From positions 384,001 through 448,000 of the forward strand of contig JAUQPB010000001.1 of assembly GCA_030550585.1 (NCBI GenBank): a DNA stretch of 64,000 nucleotides, in the 5' to 3' direction. Positions 41,664-51,731 of this stretch are shown one piece after another. Source of the stretch: Thermoproteota archaeon (GTDB taxonomy: Archaea > Thermoproteota > Thermoprotei_A > Sulfolobales > Ignisphaeraceae). The translations under genes and the position numbers were made by a program. Below the pieces are notes generated by a model, which saw only the letters and a program-made list of their open reading frames with translations, made no database searches and had not been told where the DNA came from. How positions within the stretch are numbered: the stretch's first letter is position 1; each line of letters begins with the position of its first letter.

Positions 41664-42291
41664 CAATTTTATCGTTTAATTCAATATAATCAATTTTTTC
41701 GGCAATCAGCTGCGCAAGCTGAATAACCTCTTTCAGCATGTTGATCTCTGCAAATAGCTCATCTTCATATTCTTCAGCACGTTTAAGAACCTTCACAAGC
41801 TTTGGTAATACATTAAATGAAAACTGTTGAAACAATCTTATATCAGTTTTCGTTAGCCTCTCTTTGATGCTCATAGTCTTTAATTTGTTTAGCCAATATC
41901 TAGGCCTTAAGCTTTGCAACTGTATTCTTACTAAGGCTATATCTGGGTCATCTAATTCTTCAGATCCTTTGGAGATGCTATTTATTATAGACTCTATTAT
42001 CTCAACGTTGTATTTGAATTTGTACCAGTGCTGGTTCGATGTTTTATACGATGTTTCAATAATTTTATAGTCTCTCTCTAAAGTCTTTAAAAGAAGCGAT
42101 GGATTATAAGAAAATCCCATACTGTTGAGCCTCTCTACAACGCCTCTATAATCGAAATCCCCAAGCATGTTGTTACCATGTAACTTATTTTCTCTTGCAG
42201 CAGCTATCGCAGCTTTCACAACAAACAAGAATCTTTGACCATATCGATGATACGCATCTAGAATGGCAATTCTTAGAGCATCCATACTCAT
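41632..42291 (-). CDS. Conserved crenarchaeal hypothetical protein (wHTH-like)
   Basis: LGDFDYRGVV, YNPSLLLKTLERDY, TSYKTSNQHWY. Confidence 0.7.
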   Translation of the reverse strand: MSMDALRIAILDAYHRYGQRFLFVVKAAIAAARENKLHGNNMLGDFDYRGVVERLNSMGFSYNPSLLLKTLERDYKIIETSYKTSNQHWYKFKYNVEIIESIINSISKGSEELDDPDIALVRIQLQSLRPRYWLNKLKTMSIKERLTKTDIRLFQQFSFNVLPKLVKVLKRAEEYEDELFAEINMLKEVIQLAQLIAEKIDYIELNDKIVIDSQAVQRM

Positions 42292-42527
42292 TTTGTAACC
42301 TCGTTATTAATTTTTCTGTTGCAAACAAAAAAGTGTAGACTATATAAATCCTCACACGTTTACACAAATGCCGATGTAGTTGCTTTGATCATAAGTTTGT
42401 ATTACTTTATCTTCTTTAACATTTCTACGTCCTCAAATTACATTGTTACTTAGCTATACCATATGAAGTGATATTAGGACTAAAGAACATGTGTCGAAAG
42501 GGGGTTATATTGTGTTCGCACAAGGTA

Positions 42528-42587
42528 ATGTCAGTTGGGTAAGTTCATATCATTGTGTTCATCAATACGGGGATAACTCATCATCTA
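42528..42587 (-). ncRNA. C/D box sRNA with rRNA-complementary guides
   Basis: ATGATGA, GTTATCCCCGTA guide, TTGA (D'), ATGATA (C'), AACTTACCCAA guide, CTGA. Confidence 0.75.
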
Positions 42588-42643
42588 AATTCCATCAACA
42601 ATTAAAAAGGTCTTTAAATTTTTAGTTTAAGTGGTATCATTAA

Positions 42644-42901
42644 ATGGTTTTAGTAAAGATTGTTGTACAAGCTTACAAGATATTTGATAGAGTAACGATC
42701 ATTGATGTAGCTAATCAGTTATTGAAACTTGATGGTGTTAAGAGCGTTGATATAAAGGTTAATGATGTGGACGCCGAATCTATTCACTTAACAATATCTA
42801 TAGAGGGAATTGACTTAGATTTTGAGAAGATAAGAAGTACATTGGATAGTCTTAATACTGTGATAAGCAGTGTTGATGAGATTATAGCGACTAAGGATTG
42901 A
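42644..42901 (+). CDS. DUF211 family protein
   Basis: LDGVKSVDIKV, IEGIDLDFEKI, SVDEI. Confidence 0.75.
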   Translation: MVLVKIVVQAYKIFDRVTIIDVANQLLKLDGVKSVDIKVNDVDAESIHLTISIEGIDLDFEKIRSTLDSLNTVISSVDEIIATKD

Positions 42902-43014
42902 AAATTTAAGTCAATTACTTGGTTTATTTATAATATTATTGTTTCTAGTCTACATGTCCATAACCACATATTAAGCTTTTTACACCGATAACAATCGGCA
43001 GCAGGTGAAGCACA

Positions 43015-43977
43015 TTAGTAAATGTTCTTTGCTCTAGATGCAAAAAGAACAATGCTATATTTTATCAAGTACATACTGGGTTAAGATTATGCAAAAACTG
43101 TTTTATTGAAGATGTTAAGCAAAGAGTTCTAGAACAGATGAACAGATATCAAATGATATTACCTGGAGATAATGTATTGATAGGGGTTTCAGGAGGGAAA
43201 GACAGCTATGTATTATTAAGAATACTAGCTGAAGTCCATAGTACTTCAAAGATTGTTGGTTTAATGATTGAAGAGGGTATCCATGAATATAACAGAGCAG
43301 ATGTGTTTGCTTTCTTGAAAAAGGTGTGCAATGAAATTGGTGTTGACTGTTTAATTACCAGCATCAAGAAAGAGCTTGGCTATAGTGTAGATGATTTCAT
43401 TTCTCTACAAATAGAGAAGTATGGTACACTCAAAATAAGTGCTTGTACATATTGTGGTATTGCAAGGAGAAGAATTTTAAATGCTTACGCCAGAATGCTA
43501 GGTGCAGATAAAGTTGCTACAGGGCATAACCTAGACGATGAGGTTCAAACCTATTTGATAAACATATTGAGAGGCGATATAATGAGACTTGTACAACTAC
43601 ACCCCCTAAGCATGACCCACAGCAAGTTACTTGTGAAAAGGGTTAAGCCACTTAGAACGATATATGAGTATGAAACATCGTTTTTAGCCTACATAGAAAA
43701 TTTCAGATTTCAAGAAACGGAATGCCCATACATTTTAGAGAGACCTACACTAAGATCAAGGATTCGGGAAATGATTAAAGAATTAGAAAGAAGTTATCCT
43801 GACATCCAAATTAGGTTTTTGAGATATATAGACAACATTTTAGAGCCTTTCGTTAAATCAAGCAATGAGAATTTTGTGAATCTACCCCTATGCTCCCAAT
43901 GTGGAGAGCCTACTGCACCAGGCAGAAGCATTTGCAAATTCTGTGAGTTGGTAAACAGCATTGTATTAAATAAGTAG
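43015..43977 (+). CDS. ttuA: tRNA 2-thiolation protein TtuA/Ncs6 (start proposed at TTA 43015)
   Basis: N-terminal CSRC...CKNC Zn finger upstream of ATG 43138; SGGKDS, CTYCG, TGHNLDD, ECPY, C-terminal Zn finger. Confidence 0.9.
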   Translation, partial: LVNVLCSRCKKNNAIFYQVHTGLRLCKNCFIEDVKQRVLEQMNRYQMILPGDNVLIGVSGGKDSYVLLRILAEVHSTSKIVGLMIEEGIHEYNRADVFAFLKKVCNEIGVDCLITSIKKELGYSVDDFISLQIEKYGTLKISACTYCGIARRRILNAYARMLGADKVATGHNLDDEVQTYLINILRGDIMRLVQLHPLSMTHSKLLVKRVKPLRTIYEYETSFLAYIENFRFQETECPYILERPTLRSRIREMIKELERSYPDIQIRFLRYIDNILEPFVKSSNENFVNLPLCSQCGEPTAPGRSICKFCELVNSIVLNK

Positions 43978-44099
43978 TGAATTGCACAATACGGATATCG
44001 CACCTTCTGTCAAAAGCTATTTGAAGACTGTATTAAGAGATATAACATTATGAATTAAAGCATTTAAAGTGTTATTTTATAAAACTGTTATAGTAGTGG

Positions 44100-45098
44100 T
44101 TGCACATTATGAGGATTAAAATAGAGGAAGAAATGCCGAAAGCAACCTTCGCCATAAATAATTTGATTGAGGACTACTCATTTCAGGGGCGTGAAACCCA
44201 AGTTGTTTCCAAGATCGCATTTCCCCAATACAAACCATTAAAGGGGTATCTAATTATAGCAGTTTCAAGTAACGATAGAATTAATGACATTATAAAATGG
44301 AAAGTATCATTAAATAACATTGCACTCACACGAGAATTTAGACCACATATAGATGTAAAAATAGATGAAAAAACCTATCAAGCAGTATTTGCATATGAAA
44401 TCTCAAAAATACTATCATCAACGGATTTGACATTGAAGATAAGCTATGAGGGTAAAGACAAAATAAAAATAGATACCGCGTCACTTCTAACGTTTCATCA
44501 GTACGACGACGACAATGTCTACGTCTCATGTATAAGTGAAGTTGTTCAATTAAATGACTATGAAATGATATTACCAACAGTTAACAATAAAGACTATAAA
44601 GAATCAACTATTTACATGGGTGTCACAGCTCAAAAGCCATCGACTCTCCTCATAAATGCTAACAATAGTAATGACAGTAATACATTTATATTAAGAGAAG
44701 GTTTCAACTTAATTGAAGCTAGTCTAAGTAGATATAGAACAGCTGATAGGATCACGCTAAAATGTGATGATCAATCAGCAAGACATTTGTTTAGATGTGT
44801 AACATATTCATCCATAAGTTATCCCAATTTAGAGCTAGAACATCGCAGAATTGATAACAGCAATATAGATTTGGTAATAAAAAACATAGGTGTTGCAAAA
44901 GCTGATCATATTGAATTAATTATATTGAGAAGCGGATTACCAATACAAAAATTTGTTGTAGGACCTATGGAAGCAAATGAAGAGAGAAATGTAAGGTTGT
45001 CATTACCGATGTTCAACGACATCAACAAGAAAATGACTATAAGAGTTATATGGAGAAAAGCATTAAGAACGTTTGTAAAAGACTATCAAATTACCTAG
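44100..45098 (+). CDS. Hypothetical protein with C-terminal CARDB/Ig-like domain
   Basis: LVIKNIGVAKA...GPMEANEERNV. Confidence 0.6.
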   Translation: MHIMRIKIEEEMPKATFAINNLIEDYSFQGRETQVVSKIAFPQYKPLKGYLIIAVSSNDRINDIIKWKVSLNNIALTREFRPHIDVKIDEKTYQAVFAYEISKILSSTDLTLKISYEGKDKIKIDTASLLTFHQYDDDNVYVSCISEVVQLNDYEMILPTVNNKDYKESTIYMGVTAQKPSTLLINANNSNDSNTFILREGFNLIEASLSRYRTADRITLKCDDQSARHLFRCVTYSSISYPNLELEHRRIDNSNIDLVIKNIGVAKADHIELIILRSGLPIQKFVVGPMEANEERNVRLSLPMFNDINKKMTIRVIWRKALRTFVKDYQIT

Positions 45099-45146
45099 TT
45101 GTACCTTTGTTCATTAGCTACATTATTCTTTTCCGACTTGTTTGCA

Positions 45147-45458
45147 TCATTGCTGAGTAGCTGTAGCTATAAATATTCTTGCTGGTTTTGCCTTTTTTGC
45201 ATTGACGAGCTCCTTTACCTGTTCTAAAAACCTCTTTAGATTTTCAACATTCTCCTTGTAAACGCTTTTTCTTCTCGGATCTATAGGTATATTGAGTTGT
45301 TTAGCTATTTTGCAATTTACTCCAGCTTCTTTTAGTTCTCCTAGGCTATATCCTTTCCCAATTTTGAATCCAACTTCAATTCCTCTGTATTTCACCAACG
45401 ATACTCTTTTAACCTTTGGTGGCGGAATCTCAATCGTGATACAACATTCTGTTGCCAT
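45147..45458 (-). CDS. rpl13e: 50S ribosomal protein L13e
   Basis: GKGYSLGELKEAG, IPIDPRRKS. Confidence 0.92.
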   Translation of the reverse strand: MATECCITIEIPPPKVKRVSLVKYRGIEVGFKIGKGYSLGELKEAGVNCKIAKQLNIPIDPRRKSVYKENVENLKRFLEQVKELVNAKKAKPARIFIATATQQ

Positions 45459-45505
45459 GTTATATAGACCCCTTTCTAAAACACCATCATTATATTACGT
45501 GGGAT

Positions 45506-45994
45506 TTATAAGCTATTCTCAGACACAGATTTTGAATTCATGAATTTGTCCAATCCTATTGAGAGCTTTCTTGAGAGATAGGTAAAAAGATCTTCAGCGC
45601 TTTCTATAACCTCCTTCCCAATTCTAATATTTTTATTCGATATAGTTTCACTTGCTATAATCTTGTTCAGTTCTATGACCCTCCATGTCTTTAATGAGTC
45701 TATCCTTATTGCAAGCAAAGGTTCTCCACCAGCTCTTCTCGCAAATTCAATAATTTTAAGAACCTGCTTAGACTCTACGTAGATAGTTTTCAATTCCTTT
45801 CTTCTTTTGACCTCAAAAACAAATATCTTAGAATCTTTTAACGCAACTAGATCTGGATATACCCCCCTCTTTATTTTAGCTCCACTAGCAGGTCCTCTGA
45901 TAACAGCAAAGCCCATTTTCCACAATTTCCTGACCAGCTCACGCTCTGCACTAGCCCCACTACTTTTAATTCTTTTCGTATTTGCATCAGACAT
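45506..45994 (-). CDS. hjc: Holliday junction resolvase Hjc
   Basis: ERELV, GFAVIRGPASG, PDLVA, FEVK. Confidence 0.93.
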   Translation of the reverse strand: MSDANTKRIKSSGASAERELVRKLWKMGFAVIRGPASGAKIKRGVYPDLVALKDSKIFVFEVKRRKELKTIYVESKQVLKIIEFARRAGGEPLLAIRIDSLKTWRVIELNKIIASETISNKNIRIGKEVIESAEDLFTYLSRKLSIGLDKFMNSKSVSENSL

Positions 45995-46016
45995 GGCACT
46001 AACTCTGCGCCCTTGT

Positions 46017-47570
46017 TTACGAAATCTTCAAGTCTATTTCAAAGCCCATTTTATCTAATTTCTTCCTTATTTTTCTCAGTATTTTTAAGGTGTTGGAGTT
46101 GTAGAATGCTCTGGGGATAGACACCGTAACTGTTTTACCACTTACATCGACGTTGGCATAGGGCATGAGCCTTCTCACAACATTTAATGCTCTTTCAGCT
46201 ATCATTTCACCATGTATTTTCCTGACAGGAACCACAACTGTTTGTTCTCCAAAAACGTATATCTCGTATTCAAGCTCATTTGTCAGGAAATCTCTAACCT
46301 CAACGACAGGTCTAGCCAGATCTGCTTCCCTTAAGCCTGTTGGCAACCTCACTGTAAGCGATAGTTCGTACACCTTTGAAACTCGTCCTCTATCTATGAA
46401 TATTACAGTGTCTATTATACTTGGTATCATACCTATGTCAACACGTCTAATAAACCTCTGTATAGCGTCTATTGGCGATGTTGCATGAACAACTCCTATC
46501 ATACCTATTCCCGCCAATCTTAGATCTGTATATATAGCGAAGTCCTCATCATCTCTCATCTCATCAAAGACCGTATAGTCTGGTCTGCTTAGCAAGAGTA
46601 TATCGTGGAGATCTCTTGAAGAAGCATAGTGCTTTGAATATTGTGCTACAGTTGGTGGCAACCTCATATCTCTTGGAGACTCAATTGTTTTCACAATTTT
46701 TCCCATCCTAGCATAGTATTCTGCCAGAGCTTGCGCAAAGGTTGTTTTTCCCATACCAGGTGCTCCTGCAATCAGTATGCCCTCCGCCTTCTCATTTAGC
46801 CTCTTAACAAGTTTTTCAGGTAAATTATAGTCCTCTAGCCTCAGCTTTACAATAGGCCTAGTAATTGTTATTTCGTATGCCAATGATACAGGCGGTGCCA
46901 CAATCACTATCCTATAATCCTTTAACTGAATCAGCATAATTCCTTGTCGCTCGGTCTCAATGATCCCCTCCCCACTTCTAGCCCTCCTAACTATATCCTC
47001 AACAAGCATCTCAGCTTCAGCCTTAGTTACAGGAGCATCACTGACTGGAACAAGCCTCCAATCACCAGGTCTTCCTTTCTTAGCTGTAATAGGCGCTCCT
47101 TCTTTTATATGCAAACTCAGCGTTTCTTCATCTATATATTTTTCAAACCACAATCCCTCACCATCTTTATCCTCTATAATCAACACATCTATGCCCATTG
47201 CTTTGCAAACTAATTGCTGTAGAGAATCCTTAGTGATGACCTTGCCACCTAGCTTCTTCGCCAAATCTCTTACCACACCATTTACAATATCTACACCAAG
47301 TTCCTTTATCTCTCTAGACCCTCCCTCAACAATCTCTATGACTGTTCCTATCTCCTCCACATCATAATTCCTCACCTCAGCCAACTCCTGCAAACCAATA
47401 TACCCAATAGCACTACCGTTCCTGGCCATAGCTTCAAGATATGTTATAAGTTCTTTGGGTATAACAATCCTTCCTCTAACCAAACCTCTCCTCACTATTT
47501 TAGATAAACTCCTCGTGATAATAACTGATACATCAGGAATATACACATCCTCAAAAGCTATTTTGACCAT
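46017..47570 (-). CDS. PIN-domain ATPase PINA
   Basis: N-terminal PIN domain, GAPGMGKTTF, ESPRD, DEMR, HATSPIDAIQRF; adjacent to hjc. Confidence 0.9.
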   Translation of the reverse strand: MVKIAFEDVYIPDVSVIITRSLSKIVRRGLVRGRIVIPKELITYLEAMARNGSAIGYIGLQELAEVRNYDVEEIGTVIEIVEGGSREIKELGVDIVNGVVRDLAKKLGGKVITKDSLQQLVCKAMGIDVLIIEDKDGEGLWFEKYIDEETLSLHIKEGAPITAKKGRPGDWRLVPVSDAPVTKAEAEMLVEDIVRRARSGEGIIETERQGIMLIQLKDYRIVIVAPPVSLAYEITITRPIVKLRLEDYNLPEKLVKRLNEKAEGILIAGAPGMGKTTFAQALAEYYARMGKIVKTIESPRDMRLPPTVAQYSKHYASSRDLHDILLLSRPDYTVFDEMRDDEDFAIYTDLRLAGIGMIGVVHATSPIDAIQRFIRRVDIGMIPSIIDTVIFIDRGRVSKVYELSLTVRLPTGLREADLARPVVEVRDFLTNELEYEIYVFGEQTVVVPVRKIHGEMIAERALNVVRRLMPYANVDVSGKTVTVSIPRAFYNSNTLKILRKIRKKLDKMGFEIDLKIS

Positions 47571-47760
47571 GTTCCGTAGACCATATACAATTCCATGACA
47601 ATTACTCTATTATCATCTATACAAGAGTCTTAGAAAGGCTTAAAAATTGATAGTATAAATTCGAATGGTTCTAACACATAACGTAAAATCTTAAGATGAT
47701 ATTCCTCGTAATCCCGATAGCTCGACAATTTATTGTATCCAACAGACCAGCATTACTATT

Positions 47761-48330
47761 TTAAATGCTAAAACCTAGGTTTCTCAGCCTTTCATATATA
47801 TGCTCTGCCTCATCCTCAAAAACCTCAATCGCGCTCTTCATCTTGTTTTTATCAATTTTTATCTCATTCCTTTTCATAAGATCGACTACCAGCGATAGCT
47901 TAGCAAGATCTTGATCCGAGCCTCTTCTTGCCTTCAGCACAATCCAACACTCTTTTGCTAAACATGTAATTTTTTCACCACCTATCTCGTATTCCTGTCT
48001 ACATAGATCTATTAATTCCTGCGGTATGTAGAAATCCATAACATTTTCAAAAAGCTCAACAACCACCTCCTCATCATTTACAGTCATTGATACTGATGGT
48101 GTTCCAAGCACCGTAACACCTGTGCTCCAGCCTCTGTTCTGAGCTATGTCATATATCCTATCAGCTTCTAGCAATGGACTCATAGAGGTTACAAATAGGT
48201 CTATGTCTCCCTCAAATGATTTGTTTCCAAGCTCAATGTTTAAACATGTATCCCCAATTACGATTCCTTCTATGCCCTCCTTGGCTAGCTCCCTAATAGC
48301 CTTTGCAATATGCTTTAATGTATATTGCGT
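47761..48330 (-). CDS. Nucleotidyltransferase-family protein (start proposed at ACG 48330)
   Basis: Catalytic VIGD...GDIDLF motif lies upstream of ATG 48183, in the same open frame. Confidence 0.75.
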   Translation of the reverse strand, partial: TQYTLKHIAKAIRELAKEGIEGIVIGDTCLNIELGNKSFEGDIDLFVTSMSPLLEADRIYDIAQNRGWSTGVTVLGTPSVSMTVNDEEVVVELFENVMDFYIPQELIDLCRQEYEIGGEKITCLAKECWIVLKARRGSDQDLAKLSLVVDLMKRNEIKIDKNKMKSAIEVFEDEAEHIYERLRNLGFSI

Positions 48331-48345
48331 AAACCATCCCCAACA

Positions 48346-48513
48346 CTACTTCTTCATAGCAACCTGCTTTCTCTTGAACCTAAGGTTAGTACTTCTGCAT
48401 CTTCTGCATCTAGTTGCTGTCGGCGGATTTAAAGCACCACATCTTCGACACACTTTCTTGTTTAAAATCCTCGACTCGACAATCTTCATTAGCTCTGGAT
48501 CTGTAACAGGCAT
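48346..48513 (-). CDS. rpl40e: 50S ribosomal protein L40e
   Basis: [49 protein letters not shown]. Confidence 0.95.
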   Translation of the reverse strand: MPVTDPELMKIVESRILNKKVCRRCGALNPPTATRCRRCRSTNLRFKRKQVAMKK

Positions 48514-48643
48514 TTTATATGCACTCTCTTACAATTATTCAGGATACTTCATATAAGCTCTAAAATGTTTTAAATTTATAAGCTAAACGTCCAACACATT
48601 ACATAGGAGTAAAACACCAAAACAACTATAGCATTTCAATTGA

Positions 48644-49165
48644 GTGAGTAAAACGATGAGAATACCCCTTGACACAATATGCGTTAAAAGTGGTGTTTTA
48701 TGTCCTAGATGCAGAAGACTAGTAGATAGTGGTACCTATTCACAAAGAGAAGTGGAAATAATGAAGCACCTGCTAGAATTAGAAGAACAGGATCCAAACT
48801 ATAGATTCCTCAAAGATACCACATATGTGAAAAGCTATGAGACAAACTCCATCGTAGTAACAATATTAGAAGCAGATGATTCGATACCACAATCAATGTT
48901 GATAAAGCTTGGGAAAGCACTAAGCGAAAGGATTGGAATGAAGGTACGGGTAATAAGAAAAGCCGATCCAAAAAACCTAATAGCTCAAATAATAGCTCCA
49001 GCAAGAATACATGGTGTCAATAGTGTTTGGACACCTGATGGAGATGTCCAGCACATAATTAGAATATCCAGATATGATGCACGGTTTTTGCCTTTGGAGA
49101 TAAAAGAGTTAGAGCAACTCCTTGCATCCATATTCCACGAAAACTATAGGATCAAAATATTTTAA
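48644..49165 (+). CDS. NusA-like KH domain protein with N-terminal Cys motif
   Basis: ICVKSGVLCPRC, GMKVRVI, IIAPARIHGVN. Confidence 0.8.
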   Translation: MSKTMRIPLDTICVKSGVLCPRCRRLVDSGTYSQREVEIMKHLLELEEQDPNYRFLKDTTYVKSYETNSIVVTILEADDSIPQSMLIKLGKALSERIGMKVRVIRKADPKNLIAQIIAPARIHGVNSVWTPDGDVQHIIRISRYDARFLPLEIKELEQLLASIFHENYRIKIF

Positions 49166-49229
49166 ATTAATACATTGTTTACATCTTTCTAAGACCAACA
49201 ATAGAGACATTCCAATAACGTTATTTTGA

Positions 49230-49303
49230 AGCCGCGGCCGGGATTCGAACCCGGGACCTCCGCCTTACCAGGGCGGCGCTCTACCAGGCTGAGCTACCGC
49301 GGC
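49230..49303 (-). tRNA. tRNA-Thr(GGT)
   Basis: CCGCC-CTGGTAA-GGCGG anticodon arm. Confidence 0.96.
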
Positions 49304-49497
49304 TTCACTTCAAATCGATATTTTCAGTTTCAGTTATAGTATTTAAATGTTTTTGAGTATAAACACCTCTTTGCTATGAAATAGAACTGCTGAATGCAAT
49401 ATATTGGGCTTACAGTGAGAATGCTAACCAATGAAATTCCTGAAGTAGGTAATGTCCTGTTTATTATTCTTTCAGATCAGGCCGACGTCATCATACT

Positions 49498-50376
49498 TCA
49501 GTATGGAGTGAATTCATCACTATTACAATTGGCTTTACCGAGTAGTGATTTACTTATATTGTCCAGATCTGTTTCGTTTAATGCTGGTTTGTACAACTCT
49601 TTATTGTGTAGTAGTTTTAGGCACTCTTCTTCAACTGGGTGAAGATTTTTTGCAGGTATTATAAGTGTATATAGAGTATTTTCGATAAACTCCTTCTTGA
49701 TTACTTCCTCTGTTTTTAGCACCAGTATTCTTTGCCTGTCACTTAGAGCATCCGCTATTACTACTACAATATCGTTGTTTGATAAAACATCTTCTCCTTG
49801 TCTCTTCTGAATATCTATAAGTGTTTTCACAGCCTCATTAGGCTTCATGTAATATCCGTGCTCTACATCAACCTCTAGTAAAAATAGTGTATGTAGGTTT
49901 TGACTGCGATTATTCTTTAAGACAATAAGTGGATACTCATATACAATACCGTTTTTGCTACTCACAATAGTAGCTATTTTACCAAATTTGTATGCCTGTA
50001 AACATGATATTGAAATCGCTGTATTGAATATTGATGTCGCTGGAGATATATCAATCTCGATGCCTTTTTTAAGTGCTTCAACAACTATAGTATGATGAGT
50101 TGTTGCAATCAGCGGATCTCCAATGACAGCTATACACACATCCTTTTTTGTGGACTCCCCCAAAATAGAGTCTATAGCCTTGCCTTCTAACATATCTCTC
50201 TTAGCAACAACAACCTCTTTTTTTATATTCGATAAAAGCCTTATTAAAATTCCTATGTGAGGAAACCATACACTTGTATAAGAATCCACAATTATTTTAT
50301 CGCACGTCAATAGCTTCTTTAGGTTGCCTAGTGGTATGAAGTCAACTGATAGACCCAAGCCTATGAGCCGAAGCAT
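49498..50376 (-). CDS. dph5: Diphthine synthase
   Basis: LIGLGL, DSYTS, GDPLIATTH, YKFGK, HTLFLL. Confidence 0.92.
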   Translation of the reverse strand: MLRLIGLGLSVDFIPLGNLKKLLTCDKIIVDSYTSVWFPHIGILIRLLSNIKKEVVVAKRDMLEGKAIDSILGESTKKDVCIAVIGDPLIATTHHTIVVEALKKGIEIDISPATSIFNTAISISCLQAYKFGKIATIVSSKNGIVYEYPLIVLKNNRSQNLHTLFLLEVDVEHGYYMKPNEAVKTLIDIQKRQGEDVLSNNDIVVVIADALSDRQRILVLKTEEVIKKEFIENTLYTLIIPAKNLHPVEEECLKLLHNKELYKPALNETDLDNISKSLLGKANCNSDEFTPY

Positions 50377-51668
50377 TATGTAATCTTGTCCCTCATTATT
50401 TTTGTTGCTATATCCCAGCTACTGGATAGAACATATAAGCGCTTGACATGATATTTTTTTGGAAGCTTTGGAATTATGCTGTTCTCAATGTTAGATATGG
50501 CTACAGATTGTTTGTTGCCCAATATAATCCTTGGAGCAACGTGAGGATCCTCTTCAACAATTCTAATATCATCAACGAACATAGCTATTTCATATGGTTT
50601 AACGTACTTGCTTAACTCATTTATAATACTCTTAAGCTCTTTAACATCATCATCATTTTCTAAATCAAGTATATCATTACTAAACTTCGATTTTTCTACT
50701 ACGATTTTGTATCCTCGTCTGAATAGAAAAGCTTTGATAAGATCTCTGAGTTCTTGAGATGTTAAAGAGTCTTTGTACAGCTTTATTAAAACCCCCATCA
50801 ACCAGTCGTCGTGCCACAACGCTATGTCGCCGTTTTCTATGAGTTTCTTTAAATCATTTGCACTTTTTGGAAGAAGAGCGTCACCATAATTGTTGTAGAG
50901 CATTTCGTATATTCTTCTAAGCAGTGTTTCATATCCAACAACTGTTTTGTGATAGTACACAGTTTTGTACATATGCATTCTAGCGAGATAGAAGTTTTCG
51001 AGTGCATCTATACCCTTGTCTAATATAGCTATGTTCCCATCGCCATCCACAACAAGTGTAGATATTATTCTCTGTAGATCTATTATCCCATATGTTACGC
51101 CGGTGTGTATAGCATCTCTTATTAAATAGTCCATTCTATCAACATCTATGTCACTAGATAGAAGCTGGTTATATATAGGCTCCCTATATCTACCCTCTAT
51201 TATAGCCGTAATTGTTTTTGGATCATAGCCAAAATAGTTGAGAATATCCCTAATCTCGCTTCCAAGTATAATCATCCTAGTAATTTCTTCATGACCCAAT
51301 CCAAGCAAATCTTTATAGAAGGGCTCGATAGCATGACTAAACGGAGTGTGTCCTATGTCGTGGAGAAGCGCAGATAATCTAAGCATCTGAACATCATCAA
51401 ATGAATATATGTAGCCCAGCTCTGCAAGCTTTTCTGCTACCAGCCCCATCAAATGTGTGGCGCCAATGCTGTGACTAAACCTGGTATGGGTTGCACCGGG
51501 ATAGACATACCATGCCACTGCCAATTGTTTTATATATCTAAGCCTCTGAAAATAGGCTGTGTCAACGATTTTGAGCTCCACCTCCGTCAAATCTATATAG
51601 CCGTGAACCTCATCATAGATTTTCTTTGCGCCTACACTATTCATAACCCTGCTTCTATGCTTGTACAA
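50376..51668 (-). CDS. HD-domain phosphohydrolase (YwfO/SAMHD1-like dNTPase family)
   Basis: RLRYIKQL, HTRFSHSIG, LLHDIGHTPFSH, DVDRMDYLIRD, VYYHK. Confidence 0.9.
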   Translation of the reverse strand: MYKHRSRVMNSVGAKKIYDEVHGYIDLTEVELKIVDTAYFQRLRYIKQLAVAWYVYPGATHTRFSHSIGATHLMGLVAEKLAELGYIYSFDDVQMLRLSALLHDIGHTPFSHAIEPFYKDLLGLGHEEITRMIILGSEIRDILNYFGYDPKTITAIIEGRYREPIYNQLLSSDIDVDRMDYLIRDAIHTGVTYGIIDLQRIISTLVVDGDGNIAILDKGIDALENFYLARMHMYKTVYYHKTVVGYETLLRRIYEMLYNNYGDALLPKSANDLKKLIENGDIALWHDDWLMGVLIKLYKDSLTSQELRDLIKAFLFRRGYKIVVEKSKFSNDILDLENDDDVKELKSIINELSKYVKPYEIAMFVDDIRIVEEDPHVAPRIILGNKQSVAISNIENSIIPKLPKKYHVKRLYVLSSSWDIATKIMRDKIT

Positions 51669-51731
51669 AACATTGCACCAGCAACTGTAGTACTTAAGTA
51701 TTACTTGTTCTTGCTTAGCCGCTAAGTAAAT

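Noticed and set aside
45506-47570. hjc-PINA pairing as a novel system
   Set aside because: Already described in Sulfolobales
49441-49500. Possible C/D sRNA with terminal TGAAGTA/TACTTCA stem (minus strand)
   Set aside because: C and D' boxes are good but C' and D are not recognisable, so it is not supportable as a feature
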